64,000 nucleotides of DNA from Candidatus Poribacteria bacterium (GTDB taxonomy: Bacteria; Poribacteria; WGA-4E; PCPOR2b): positions 4,288,001 to 4,352,000 of the forward strand of contig OZ242351.1 of assembly GCA_965208675.1 (NCBI GenBank), read 5' to 3'. The translations under genes and the position numbers were made by a program. This document shows, piece after piece, positions 17,722 to 28,150 of this stretch (positions within the stretch are counted from its first letter, which is position 1; every line of letters begins with the position of its first letter). The notes under the pieces are model-generated. The model was given only the letters and a program-made list of their open reading frames with translations. It was not told where the DNA came from and did not search any database.

Positions 17722-19563
17722 ATGAAAATCCGTATTGAAAATCAAATCTTTGATATAGACGAAAACACATTTTCGGAATGGTTGGGGGCAAGGCGTATCC
17801 CCCCGGATGCGTCCATACTTGTCAACGATCAGTGGCTGGTGGTCGGCGAATTGGAAGGTTATCAGCAGTCAGGCGAGGCTGAAAATCAACCGGACACTAG
17901 GGGCGCGCAGGGCGAAGTGTCTGAAATGGATTCGCCCGCGGAGAAGGGATTTTTCGCCTCTCGGCGGAATCGTGCGACCGTTACGTTGGCCCTAATTGCT
18001 GTAAACACCATCGTTTTCCTGTTGTTAGATTGGGAGGGGATCAGAGGTTCAAGGAATGCATTGACCCTGATTCAGTTTGGCGCATATTCTCACCGCTTGG
18101 TTGTTTACGACGGTGAATATTGGCGTCTCATTACGCATACCTTTTTGCATGGCGGCAGCCTCCATCTTCTCCTAAACATGGGTGTGCTCTTCATAGTTGG
18201 CAGTTTGCTTGAAAGACTGTATGGCGGCTCGCGATTTTTAATTCTCTATCTGATTTCGGCGATTGGCGGCAGTCTCGCAACGTTGTATTTTGTCAGGGAT
18301 GCTCCCAGCGTGGGCGCTTCGGGCGCAATCTTTGGACTGATGGGTGCTCTTGTTGCGCTTGGGCTGCGGCATAAAGATCAATTGCCGCGCCGGCGAAATC
18401 AGGTCTTCGCCTTGGGACTTCTTCCGTTTATTGCATTCGATATTTTTCTGGGATTTGTCATTCCGCACATCAACAACGCTGCTCACATCGGGGGATTGGC
18501 GGTCGGATTCACGGCGGGCTTAATATTAACGCCCGGAATCAACACCAATCGTGAACGTAATCCCAAGGCGATTCAAGCACTTGCGTCCGGGTTGACAGGC
18601 ATGGTCCTCGCATGCAGCGCGTTAGCAATCTGGCACTTTTTTGCCGACTCTGAACAGACGATTGAGAGACGGATGAATACCGCTTTCCCACGGTTGACTG
18701 TAGAGAGCCTTCCCGATTATATCCGGCAATATGAGAAGGTGATTCGCCAAAAGCGTTACAATCCTGAAGAATACAAAGTTCTTGAAGGACTGTATTGGTG
18801 GGCGCATGAGAATTCGCCTGAAGATACTTCATGGACAAAAAAACTCATGCAATTCTACGAACAGTCGCTTCTTGCCGATCCCAATAAAACTGAGTGGAAT
18901 AGGAATCTGCGTGCATTTTATGCGAAGACAACTCTTGAAGACAATAATGAGATGGAGGAGCTTAAGGGTTATATCGAGTTGTGTGAAAAAGTTGCAGGGC
19001 GGCATGGATATCATTTAAGGCTTTATGAGAATCTAGAGTATTTCTACATGCGCGCTAGGCACTTAGTGCCTGAAGAAAAGTCTTCTACTTGGAATCGCAA
19101 GCTTGAAAAGCTGTATGACAAAGCCATCGGCAAAGATTCTGATAATGCTATGTGGAATAATAACCTAGCGTGGTTTTACGTTGAACGACAGGTGATGACG
19201 CAAAGCGCTGTTAAATTCGCGCGGCAAGCTGTTATGCAAGCCCCGAAAAACACCGTATTTCTGGATACCTTAGCCTGGGCATATTTGCGGAACTCGGAGC
19301 ACGATAGAGCGTTAAAGGCGTTCGAACAAGTTTTCTCAATCGCACCGGAAACCGAAGATGACCAGCACGCTCAGGAAAGTAGCTGGAAGGGTTTGACGGA
19401 ATTAGTTCAGTCAAAAATCCAGGCCGAAAAATCGCAAGAATTCAATCGGTTATTCCTAAATTTTTATAAACGTCTGTCTCGCCAACTTGAAGCTGAAACC
19501 GATGCTCAAGCAAAACTCGAAGCAGTATTCAATCTATTCCAAACTCATCAGATAGAAAGCTAA
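17722..19563 (+). CDS. Rhomboid intramembrane serine protease with C-terminal TPR-like region
   Basis: GEYWRLIT..FLHG..HLLLN, catalytic VGASGAIFG and AAHIGG; C-terminal NNLAW..AV..AP..DTLAWAY TPR pattern. Confidence 0.9.
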   Translation: MKIRIENQIFDIDENTFSEWLGARRIPPDASILVNDQWLVVGELEGYQQSGEAENQPDTRGAQGEVSEMDSPAEKGFFASRRNRATVTLALIAVNTIVFLLLDWEGIRGSRNALTLIQFGAYSHRLVVYDGEYWRLITHTFLHGGSLHLLLNMGVLFIVGSLLERLYGGSRFLILYLISAIGGSLATLYFVRDAPSVGASGAIFGLMGALVALGLRHKDQLPRRRNQVFALGLLPFIAFDIFLGFVIPHINNAAHIGGLAVGFTAGLILTPGINTNRERNPKAIQALASGLTGMVLACSALAIWHFFADSEQTIERRMNTAFPRLTVESLPDYIRQYEKVIRQKRYNPEEYKVLEGLYWWAHENSPEDTSWTKKLMQFYEQSLLADPNKTEWNRNLRAFYAKTTLEDNNEMEELKGYIELCEKVAGRHGYHLRLYENLEYFYMRARHLVPEEKSSTWNRKLEKLYDKAIGKDSDNAMWNNNLAWFYVERQVMTQSAVKFARQAVMQAPKNTVFLDTLAWAYLRNSEHDRALKAFEQVFSIAPETEDDQHAQESSWKGLTELVQSKIQAEKSQEFNRLFLNFYKRLSRQLEAETDAQAKLEAVFNLFQTHQIES

Positions 19564-19623
19564 TAACACTGGAAACAGGAACGTGGTATAATCAATTTTT
19601 GTGTTTCGTCCGCGGGATTTAAG

Positions 19624-21951
19624 ATGGTGCAGAAAACGACACGAGCAATTTTCAGTGCGGTTTTAATTTTGCAACTCATTGTTGCGATTGCCCTTCCCCA
19701 GGCGTTCGCGCAAGCTAGCGAAGAGAAGCCGTTTTGGGAGAGATGGAGCACATTTGTCCTCCCGATTGCGTTGCTATTCTTATTTGCCACGATAAACTAC
19801 GCTTTTGACCTGTTCAGAAAAGACAAAATCTTAAAGAAGCTGCTGAAAAAGTACGTCGTTTTTGAGATGAATGACGGAAAGCGTTATCGTGGAACGATGC
19901 GTCTCGAACAAAACGGGATTGAAATCATATCCGAAGAATCGCGGCAGCGTGGACATGCACCGAGCTACATTTTCCGTGGTCCGGAGAGAGAGGGGATTGT
20001 CGCGTACATTCGCTATCTCGATTCGATGAACGGGCGGGAATTACTAGAGCGGGATTGGGATTTCGATCGTATTTACCACCCTCGCTTTGCAACACGCCTC
20101 CAGCGAAAAATCCGAAACCTCGGCGTCGCCCTTAGGTCCTCCATTAACAAAACAGTGGAGATGATTTGGGGACAGATTAAAAAAACCACAGCTTTCAAAC
20201 CCGTTACTCAAGCGCCGCAACAGGGAGGAGTGAGTGCAGAAGGCGACATCGAGGAGATACGAAAAGAACTGTGGGAATATGCAATGGAGGAGAGGTACGA
20301 ACGGCTCATCGAACGGCTCGTCGGGACGCGAGTCAAGGTGGAGACCGCTAAGAAAGATTATTACACGGCTGTGTTGAAAGAATATACCGACAAACATATC
20401 TACCTAATGGATGTCAAGTGTTCGGCCGTAGAGCCGCCGGCCAATGACGTAGGATATAAATTGGGTGGGGGCTACAAGGATGAATGGGATGTCACCTTGG
20501 ACATTAAAAATGGCAAGATTAATAAAAGAGACGAGCGCGGTCTTCGAACTAAGATTGAGGGCGACGACCTGGTTTTGGAAAATAATGCACCGTATGAAAT
20601 ACAGCTTTGGGGACTTAGATATGAAAAACCCGATTCTAAGGAATCGGATGCCCATGACTGGAAATGGGGGTATACCATTCCGCCGTTCAGCGTGCAGCGA
20701 ATCCATCTGCAGCCAAATCCGAAGCATCATAATGTAGGCCCGTTTCAACGAGTTGTGGTTCAGGAACCACGAACATACAGATACTTTCACGAACTCAAAC
20801 TCAAGTTCAGATCGTTTCGAGATGCGGATATTGTTTTTACGCGAGCATGTAAAATAATAGAAAGCGCGGAGAAATATGAGCGTGAGTCGCTTGACCTCGT
20901 TGGGTTGACAACCGCGCTGCTTGCATCCGAGAAGGTGGAGGATGTTGCGATTACGGATGAATCCGGCGAATCCATTCACGGCTTAAACGTCATTCACGGT
21001 TATATCACGAACATCAACGAAGATAGAATCGATGTCAAAGAAATCGATCAGTGTTACGACAGGCGGTGGTCCGTGGAGAGCGCGTTTGGGCGGTTTGATG
21101 ATAAGTTAAGGAAGGTGGGGCCTCCTCATGTAAAAATTTTACCGCCCTATCGCTCACGAATGGCAGCGCAGTCGCTGCTTGTAGAGGAATTGGGCGAGAG
21201 TAGAGGCAGGCGCGAAATCCTGTCCCCCTTTCTTTTTACGCCCGTTGCGTCTCGTAGGAAACGGTACACGAAGCCCGAGCTTCCCTTAAAAGTGATGGCA
21301 TTGACAGGTAACGTCACGCAAGCGGAATTCCCCGCTCTACAGCAGCTTGAGCATGTCAACAAACATCATATCATCTATGAACCGGTGACAGACCTACGTA
21401 CCGCCTACATGGCAAAAGCGCATATCCTTTGGATTGGACATGGGGAAATCTACAAAGAGGGATACCGTCTCAGTATTGATGCCGAACACCGAATCAAAAA
21501 TTTTGTCGGCAGAGGCGGCATTGCCATTGTATCCGGTCAGGATATAAGCAATATGCAGCGCCGTAGACAAAGCGTTGGTTGGGTACCGGAGCCGTTGATT
21601 GGTGTTGAATACGATGAAACGCAGGAATTTACGCCAACGCGCGCCGGCAAACGGGGGAAAATCTTCCACCATCCCTACAGGATTAAGTCCGGTGAGATAA
21701 AATTGGACGACATGTGGATAGACCAACTAAATAAATACACGTCCCTTGCTAAAGCGAATGGCGGCGATGAAGATGCTATACTCCTTCTACCGTTTCAGTC
21801 GGGAATGTACATTGTAACCAGCTTGAAAAACGAAACCGAAACGGACGTGCAAATCAATCAAGCCATGATGGCGAATCTGCTGCATTTCTCTGTGAGGTTT
21901 ATTGAGAAACAAAAACACTCTCACCTGTATTACGTGGCTCACGGCGCATGA
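19624..21951 (+). CDS. Hypothetical membrane-anchored multidomain protein
   Basis: 775-aa ORF; signal peptide plus TM; two Sm/LSm-like segments; C-terminal part resembles a class I GATase-like fold (IKNFVGRGGIAIV). Confidence 0.75.
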   Translation: MVQKTTRAIFSAVLILQLIVAIALPQAFAQASEEKPFWERWSTFVLPIALLFLFATINYAFDLFRKDKILKKLLKKYVVFEMNDGKRYRGTMRLEQNGIEIISEESRQRGHAPSYIFRGPEREGIVAYIRYLDSMNGRELLERDWDFDRIYHPRFATRLQRKIRNLGVALRSSINKTVEMIWGQIKKTTAFKPVTQAPQQGGVSAEGDIEEIRKELWEYAMEERYERLIERLVGTRVKVETAKKDYYTAVLKEYTDKHIYLMDVKCSAVEPPANDVGYKLGGGYKDEWDVTLDIKNGKINKRDERGLRTKIEGDDLVLENNAPYEIQLWGLRYEKPDSKESDAHDWKWGYTIPPFSVQRIHLQPNPKHHNVGPFQRVVVQEPRTYRYFHELKLKFRSFRDADIVFTRACKIIESAEKYERESLDLVGLTTALLASEKVEDVAITDESGESIHGLNVIHGYITNINEDRIDVKEIDQCYDRRWSVESAFGRFDDKLRKVGPPHVKILPPYRSRMAAQSLLVEELGESRGRREILSPFLFTPVASRRKRYTKPELPLKVMALTGNVTQAEFPALQQLEHVNKHHIIYEPVTDLRTAYMAKAHILWIGHGEIYKEGYRLSIDAEHRIKNFVGRGGIAIVSGQDISNMQRRRQSVGWVPEPLIGVEYDETQEFTPTRAGKRGKIFHHPYRIKSGEIKLDDMWIDQLNKYTSLAKANGGDEDAILLLPFQSGMYIVTSLKNETETDVQINQAMMANLLHFSVRFIEKQKHSHLYYVAHGA

Positions 21952-21981
21952 ACTGCAATAAACTGGCGATTTCTCGATTTC

Positions 21982-24900
21982 CTACTGATACTGCTGTGCT
22001 TGCAATACCCTCAACAACCTCTCAAGCTCTTTAAATTCTTGAGCGGCTTCCGTGAGTTTTCCCTCTCCGGTTAACTTCAGGTACTGATCGAACTTTTCAT
22101 TGGCTAACCGAATCACGTCTGCCAAAGTCGGCAGTTCGCCTGCAGTCCCCTCCACGTTCTCCGCCGCGGGCTCAACACCGATACCGATACCGAAAATCTC
22201 CTGCAGCGCCTTATCGAATCTGTCAGCGTACGCAAACTGATCGCCAGCTTTTACAACGACCGTCTTTAATTGCGCGCGATTGCTGTCTTTGGGCTTGAGA
22301 TAGATGGGCTCGACATAAAATAGCGTATCTTCCACGGGTATTACAAGCAAATTGCCGCGAATTACCTGAGCGCCTTTTTCATCTGATTGCCTGAACCAAA
22401 CCTCGTTTGCGAGCGCATTTTCAATGTCTTCTTCGACCTGCCTAGGCCCGTCGACAGTTGCCTCCGTCGGCAGCCGATAGATGACCAACTGACCGTATGC
22501 CGCCCCGTCGCTGCGCGCGACAAGCCATGCGTTCATGAGCTTGACCCGTTTCGGCGGAGTAAAGGGCACCATGTTCACGAATTCCGGTTTCTTTTCGCCC
22601 GGCAATTTAAACGTCGCATAATACGGCACCATCCTTTGTTTTTCCGTATAGTATGTTTCGTCCGGAATGTTCCACCGGTCAGAACCGTGGAAAAATGTGT
22701 GCGCGTCCGCTACATGATAGTCGGTATACACTTCCGCTTGCGTGCGGGTGAGATAGTCCGGGTATCGAAGGTGGTTCTGCAAACCCGCCGGGATTAGATG
22801 TTTGGGTTGAAAAAGATTCGGGAAAGCGCTCTGATAAGCAGCCGTAATGGGCTCTTCATCCTTGGTTAGGTAAAAATTAACCTCCCCGCTATACGCATTG
22901 ACAATCGCAACGGCAGGGTTTCGAATGTAGTTAAAGCGGTCAAACGCGGGTTCAGAATAGAGCGGCGGATTTTCAACGAGCTTTGTCGTATCGACATAAA
23001 CTTTCGCGTTCGGGTAGTTCCGGCTGGTGACGTAGATGTCGACCATCCACCAGAGTTGTCCATCATCGCCGATGACGATATAGGGGTCCGGATCGAATTT
23101 CAGAAATGGAGCAATGTGTGAGAGGCGATCTGAAATCGTCGCGGCAGTGATAGGGTCATGCGTTCCAATTTTTCGCCAAAATAGCATTCTGCTTTCGGGC
23201 GTAAGGCTTTTGGATAACATTATACGCCAGAAGTCGAAACGCGTCGCAAAACAGAGCCGCCTGAACCAACCGCCAATTTCAACGCCGCTTTCTCCGCTGA
23301 ATCCCTCGCCTTCAGGATCTATCTCCTTCTGCTTGTAAATCTTTAGTTCACCCGCCTCCTTACTGGCGATATATCCCCGCTCATTATCTTTATCAATAAT
23401 TAGCCATTGTTTGCCTTCTTCCTTTATTGAAACAGCGACGTCCTCGGAAAGCGTAGTTTGTTGTGTTTCAAACCTTTGCCGCAGGTCGTTTGAGAGAACC
23501 CCATTGTCTAAGTCAACTTGGAACTTTATTTCGATGTGCGAACTCAATTCGATGCTAAATCGCAACCACTGCTCGCGTTTGAAATTAAACAGCGACCACG
23601 GCTCCTGTTCATAAATTCTCAGTTCCCCCTCCTCTTTGCTGACAACGTACTCCTGTTCATCAGCTTTATCCGTTATTAACCATTTGCGGCCTGTGGCTTT
23701 AATCGAAATCGTGACATTTTCAGACAGCGGCATTTCGCGCGCTTCAAACTCTTGTCTCAGGTCTTGTGAGAGACTGCCATTGTCTAGAGCCGTTAGTATT
23801 TCCGACTCAATTCCAAAAAGCAACTGTTTCTTTGTATTGACGATAATATAATCGTTAGTCAGTTCGCCAAAGTAGATTTGAGGTTTTGCCACGCGGAGTT
23901 GGCTGCCGATTTCCTCAGGGTAGTCCAAAGGAATTCCATGCACCCAGAAGTTAGGATCGCCGCCCTCAATTTTGAATTCATTTACCGGAACAACACAAAC
24001 GCCGTAGCCGTGGGTATAGACCATCTTCCGGCTATCCCAGTATTGGGCTTCGGGCAATTCTTTTGGATCAATATCGATTTCTCTAGCGGCAATCAATACC
24101 TGCCGATACTTCCCATTTATCCAATACCGATCGACATCTGTGTATGGGTGGAATTCGTAATACGGTTTAATGTTTTGTTTGTCTCTTAATACTTCGTAGA
24201 GGACACGCCGATCCCACAACTGGATGTTCTCTCTGATTTCAGGGTTGCGCTGAATCATCTCTACAGTTGCGGCGCCTTGGATGTGGCTGCTCTCTACAAT
24301 CCGTTCTAGCCGAAATGCCTGCCGAGTCGATTCAATATGGCTTTTTAGATAAGACACTTCCGCGGACGCTCGATTCGGGCGAACTTCCGTCCAATGAACA
24401 AAGATTGGGTAGACTTGAATCAACACCAGATAGCTCAAGCCCCAGATTGCTAGGGCGGAATACCACACGAGCCGTTTCCGCCAAAACATGTTAATCAGGA
24501 CAAGGACGCCAATCCCGGCGATGCAGACCATATAAATTTGAGTCGTGCCAATCAACGCCTCGTCAACGTAACCCATCCCGTCGACCCGGCCGAGTCCCCA
24601 AGGTGTTCGACGGGTGTATAGTACATTCCAGATACTAACCTGACTCCGGCATAACGAGACACCGAGTAACGCCAGCCAGAGGGTAGAAACGTGCACGGCA
24701 AACCGCCGTTCAACGCGGACGGTTGCCCTCACGTCCCGCCGGCGGTAGAAATGATACAAGATTGCCACAATCACTATCGTAACCCACAGCAAAATTTTTA
24801 GCCATAGGCTAACCCAGCGATAGACAGGAAAATTAAACAGATAAAAACCGAGTTCTTTTTGGAGCGCATTATGAGAGACAAAGGTGATTACATCAGTCAA

Positions 24901-25392
24901 TCCACGGTTTTCATAACGGATAAAATCATCCCAGAAAAACATCATGGGTATCGCCAGAATACAAGCAACCAAGACAATCGAGATTAGCATGGTCCAGTAG
25001 AATCGCCTTGTTTGGTCGCGAGGCCAACGTGTGCCGTCGCTCGCAATAGGACACAGTTTGTCTCCAATGAAGAGATTCAGCCCCAAAAACCCCACCGCTA
25101 CTAAGGCGAATTTGGCAAAGAGTCCCCATCGCGCTTGCAGAACGCCCCAAAAAATATTGGCATAACCGACGCTCACAAACCAGAGATGTTCTAGGTATAG
25201 GTATACCAGCGCCGGCCAAAGCAGCACGACCGTCAGCAACAATCCCGCTATCCACGTGCCGTAGGCTTTTATCAGCAATCCCGGATTCTGCGTACGCTTG
25301 GCTCGCCTGAACACAAATACACCTGCGGTTAGCGTGCTCAAGCCAATGACCAATCCAATCAAAATTTGGGCAATCGCAATGTCAGCATTCAT
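21982..25392 (-). CDS. UPF0182 family membrane protein
   Basis: LWFVSVGY, NIQLWD, DVDRYWING, YTHGYG, PQIYFGE, FDPDPY, NYIRN, HLRYP, GNLLVIP..YVEPIYL. Confidence 0.92.
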   Translation of the reverse strand: MNADIAIAQILIGLVIGLSTLTAGVFVFRRAKRTQNPGLLIKAYGTWIAGLLLTVVLLWPALVYLYLEHLWFVSVGYANIFWGVLQARWGLFAKFALVAVGFLGLNLFIGDKLCPIASDGTRWPRDQTRRFYWTMLISIVLVACILAIPMMFFWDDFIRYENRGLTDVITFVSHNALQKELGFYLFNFPVYRWVSLWLKILLWVTIVIVAILYHFYRRRDVRATVRVERRFAVHVSTLWLALLGVSLCRSQVSIWNVLYTRRTPWGLGRVDGMGYVDEALIGTTQIYMVCIAGIGVLVLINMFWRKRLVWYSALAIWGLSYLVLIQVYPIFVHWTEVRPNRASAEVSYLKSHIESTRQAFRLERIVESSHIQGAATVEMIQRNPEIRENIQLWDRRVLYEVLRDKQNIKPYYEFHPYTDVDRYWINGKYRQVLIAAREIDIDPKELPEAQYWDSRKMVYTHGYGVCVVPVNEFKIEGGDPNFWVHGIPLDYPEEIGSQLRVAKPQIYFGELTNDYIIVNTKKQLLFGIESEILTALDNGSLSQDLRQEFEAREMPLSENVTISIKATGRKWLITDKADEQEYVVSKEEGELRIYEQEPWSLFNFKREQWLRFSIELSSHIEIKFQVDLDNGVLSNDLRQRFETQQTTLSEDVAVSIKEEGKQWLIIDKDNERGYIASKEAGELKIYKQKEIDPEGEGFSGESGVEIGGWFRRLCFATRFDFWRIMLSKSLTPESRMLFWRKIGTHDPITAATISDRLSHIAPFLKFDPDPYIVIGDDGQLWWMVDIYVTSRNYPNAKVYVDTTKLVENPPLYSEPAFDRFNYIRNPAVAIVNAYSGEVNFYLTKDEEPITAAYQSAFPNLFQPKHLIPAGLQNHLRYPDYLTRTQAEVYTDYHVADAHTFFHGSDRWNIPDETYYTEKQRMVPYYATFKLPGEKKPEFVNMVPFTPPKRVKLMNAWLVARSDGAAYGQLVIYRLPTEATVDGPRQVEEDIENALANEVWFRQSDEKGAQVIRGNLLVIPVEDTLFYVEPIYLKPKDSNRAQLKTVVVKAGDQFAYADRFDKALQEIFGIGIGVEPAAENVEGTAGELPTLADVIRLANEKFDQYLKLTGEGKLTEAAQEFKELERLLRVLQAQQYQ

Positions 25393-25510
25393 GGTATTTA
25401 AGATTTAAAATTGGGCATTACGCGATTACATCTCCACCCACCAAGCGGCAAAACAAAAACCGTGCGTGTCAATTAAGGTTTTGCTCTTTTTTCGTTTTGC
25501 CTGCCGGCTC

Positions 25511-26899
25511 TTAGACGTAACTCTTGAGTTTATACTGTAAAGAGCGCAGGCTGATTCCCAAGGACTGCGCAGTTAAGGTACGGTTGTTTCCCAATCTTTC
25601 AAGTGTTTTGAGGATTAACTCCTTCTCCATCTCCTTCATTGTCACGTTGACTGAAGGGAAATTCAGTGTATTGTGCGGCGTGCCTTCAACATTTGCGGGA
25701 GATTGAACTTCTTCGGGAAGATGTTTGGGGAGAATCACGTCGCCTTCGGCGAAAAGAACGGCTCTCAAAATGGAATATTCTAATTCCCGTACGTTGCCGG
25801 GCCAATGATACTTTGATAGACAATCCCTTGCTTTTTGACTGATTAACCGTATGGGTTGGTTGTGTGAAATGCTGTGTTTCTTTAGGAAGTATTCGGCTAA
25901 AACCATAATATCGTCACGGCGCTCCCTTAAAGGCGGCAGGTAAATCGGAATGACATTCAGCCGATAATAGAGATCTTGACGAAATGCCGCCTTTTCAACT
26001 GCCAGGCGTAAATCCTTATTGGTCGCGGCAATGATGCGGACATCAACGCTAATGACTTTTTCTCCGCCGAGACGCTCGATTTCGCCTTCTTGTATGGAAC
26101 GTAACAGCTTTGCTTGCAATGAAATGGGAGTATCTCCGACTTCGTCTAGAAAAAGCGTGCTCGCATGTGCACGTTCAAATTTTCCAATTTTTTGGTAAGT
26201 TGCGTCGGTAAATGCACCGCGCTCATGGCCAAAGAGCTCACTTTCGAGAAGATTCTCTGGGATTGCGGTACAGTTTACGACGACCATGTCTTTATCGGTG
26301 CGTGAACTATTTTCGTGAATTGCGTGCGCAACCAATTCTTTTCCAGTGCCACTCTCGCCTTGAATGAACACCGTAGAGTTTGTATCCGCAACCTTCTCAA
26401 TAATCTTCAATACTTCGATAATCTGGGGGCTTTCACCGAGAATTTCTTCGTAGCTGCCGATGAGCTCGTCTCTGACGCTGTGCTCCGTCGCGCGATGATG
26501 GTCCAAGGCTTGATTGACCTTTTGCTGTATGTGTTCCGGTAGGAAAGGTTTCTCTAAAAAATCGTGTGCGCCATGTTTGATGGCTTCTACGGCGCGTTGG
26601 ATTGTTCCATGAGCTGTCAACATAATTACGAGTAAACCCGGATACGCTTTACGAATCTGTTTGAGGGTTTCTGTGCCATTAATACCCGGCATTTGGATGT
26701 CCAACAACACGAGATCTGGCAGTTCCTTCTCAATTAACGCGAGGGCTTCATAACCATCTGAGGCGGTTGCGACAGCAAAGTTGTCCATCTCAAGTCGATC
26801 TTGTAAAATCATTATGGTGTCGGGTTCATCATCGACAATGAGAATTCGCTCTCGTGCTCTCACGCTAGAATCCACGTATATTGCGTCATTTTCAAACAA
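25511..26899 (-). CDS. Sigma54-dependent response regulator (REC-AAA+-Fis HTH, NtrC family)
   Basis: IVDDE, LLDIQMP, GESGTGKELVA, ESELFGHERGAFTDA, FRQDLYYRLNV, WPGNVREL, C-terminal HTH. Confidence 0.95.
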   Translation of the reverse strand: MFENDAIYVDSSVRARERILIVDDEPDTIMILQDRLEMDNFAVATASDGYEALALIEKELPDLVLLDIQMPGINGTETLKQIRKAYPGLLVIMLTAHGTIQRAVEAIKHGAHDFLEKPFLPEHIQQKVNQALDHHRATEHSVRDELIGSYEEILGESPQIIEVLKIIEKVADTNSTVFIQGESGTGKELVAHAIHENSSRTDKDMVVVNCTAIPENLLESELFGHERGAFTDATYQKIGKFERAHASTLFLDEVGDTPISLQAKLLRSIQEGEIERLGGEKVISVDVRIIAATNKDLRLAVEKAAFRQDLYYRLNVIPIYLPPLRERRDDIMVLAEYFLKKHSISHNQPIRLISQKARDCLSKYHWPGNVRELEYSILRAVLFAEGDVILPKHLPEEVQSPANVEGTPHNTLNFPSVNVTMKEMEKELILKTLERLGNNRTLTAQSLGISLRSLQYKLKSYV

Positions 26900-27077
26900 A
26901 GAACCAGCCTGCCATTCGTTAAAGAACCGATGTTAATTCTACCAGAAACGGCAAGGAGCATCAATATAAAGATTGGGTCACTAAAAGCGGCGCGTTAGTA
27001 TTTGCTTTTTGCTAGATTGCGGAGATTGGATTGTGCTATGATTAAACTGCGTTCAATTGACTATTGGAGTTAGCAAA

Positions 27078-28142
27078 ATGGAGCCTGATTGCCGTCTTCC
27101 CGACATCCGCAAAATCTTAATTATTCGCAACGATGGCATTGGGGATCTACTAAATTCTACGCCCGCAATCTCACTTTTGCGCCAAAATTATCCGGGTGCG
27201 GAAATTACCGTACTTGTCCAATCGACAACCGCCCCAATATTGATTGGCAATACTGATGTGGACCGTGTTTTGATATTAGATCGGCGGGGCGCCCATCGAC
27301 GGTTGATAAATCGGCTGAAGTTCTATCTCGGTTTGCGGCAAACAAAATACAATCTCGTTGTAGCAATGCGGACGGCGTCGTGGTCCAATTTTGTGGCGTT
27401 TCTATCAGGAGCAAAGTATCGGCTGGGACGACATCAGAAACGGTTCAAGAGCACGTTGACGCACGTATGGCGTGCACAATACCAGAAAGGACACGTCCAC
27501 GAAATCGATCGAAATTTCGACCTGGTTGGGCTAATTTGCAATGGTACGGGCGACCAGCGGCTTGTCCTGAATGTTCTGGATGAGGAGATTGCCTACGCGA
27601 AGAGGAAATTAGCAAGTTGGGGGGTCTCTACCAACGATTATTTGCTCGGTATCCACCCCGGCGCAAGTTCGTTCGATAAACGTTGGCCAGAAGAGAATTA
27701 TGCCGGGATTGCAGATGCGCTTGTACGCGAACGTGGGGCGAAGGTTTTGATTCTCCGAGGCCCTACGGAATCCGCATTGGCACGGAATATTCAAAATGCT
27801 ATGCAGGCCGATTCTATTACCTATGCTCCCCAATCAATTCGCGAGCTTGGTGCGCTGATCCGATGCTGTAATCTAGTTGTGTGTAATGACTCTGGTCCCA
27901 TGCATATTGCTGCGGCGCTGGATGTGCCGACTGTTGCGGTTTTTGGTCCCACGGATCACGTTGTTTGGAAGCCGCACTCCAAAAACGCGGCGGTTGTTAG
28001 GCGTGACATGCCGTGTTGGCCGTGCAGCGCGCATAAGTGCAAAATCGGATGGGAATGCACCAAGAAACTGCCTGTTGAAATGGTGTTGGAAATGGTCAGG
28101 GCACCCACCAAATCATTCCACGCTCCGCTGCGGAATCCTTGA
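27078..28142 (+). CDS. Glycosyltransferase family 9 (LPS heptosyltransferase-like)
   Basis: IGDLLNSTP, HPGAS..KRWP, NDSGPMHIAAALDVPTVAVFGPT, Cys-rich CxPC tail. Confidence 0.92.
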   Translation: MEPDCRLPDIRKILIIRNDGIGDLLNSTPAISLLRQNYPGAEITVLVQSTTAPILIGNTDVDRVLILDRRGAHRRLINRLKFYLGLRQTKYNLVVAMRTASWSNFVAFLSGAKYRLGRHQKRFKSTLTHVWRAQYQKGHVHEIDRNFDLVGLICNGTGDQRLVLNVLDEEIAYAKRKLASWGVSTNDYLLGIHPGASSFDKRWPEENYAGIADALVRERGAKVLILRGPTESALARNIQNAMQADSITYAPQSIRELGALIRCCNLVVCNDSGPMHIAAALDVPTVAVFGPTDHVVWKPHSKNAAVVRRDMPCWPCSAHKCKIGWECTKKLPVEMVLEMVRAPTKSFHAPLRNP

Positions 28143-28150
28143 GGTAAACA

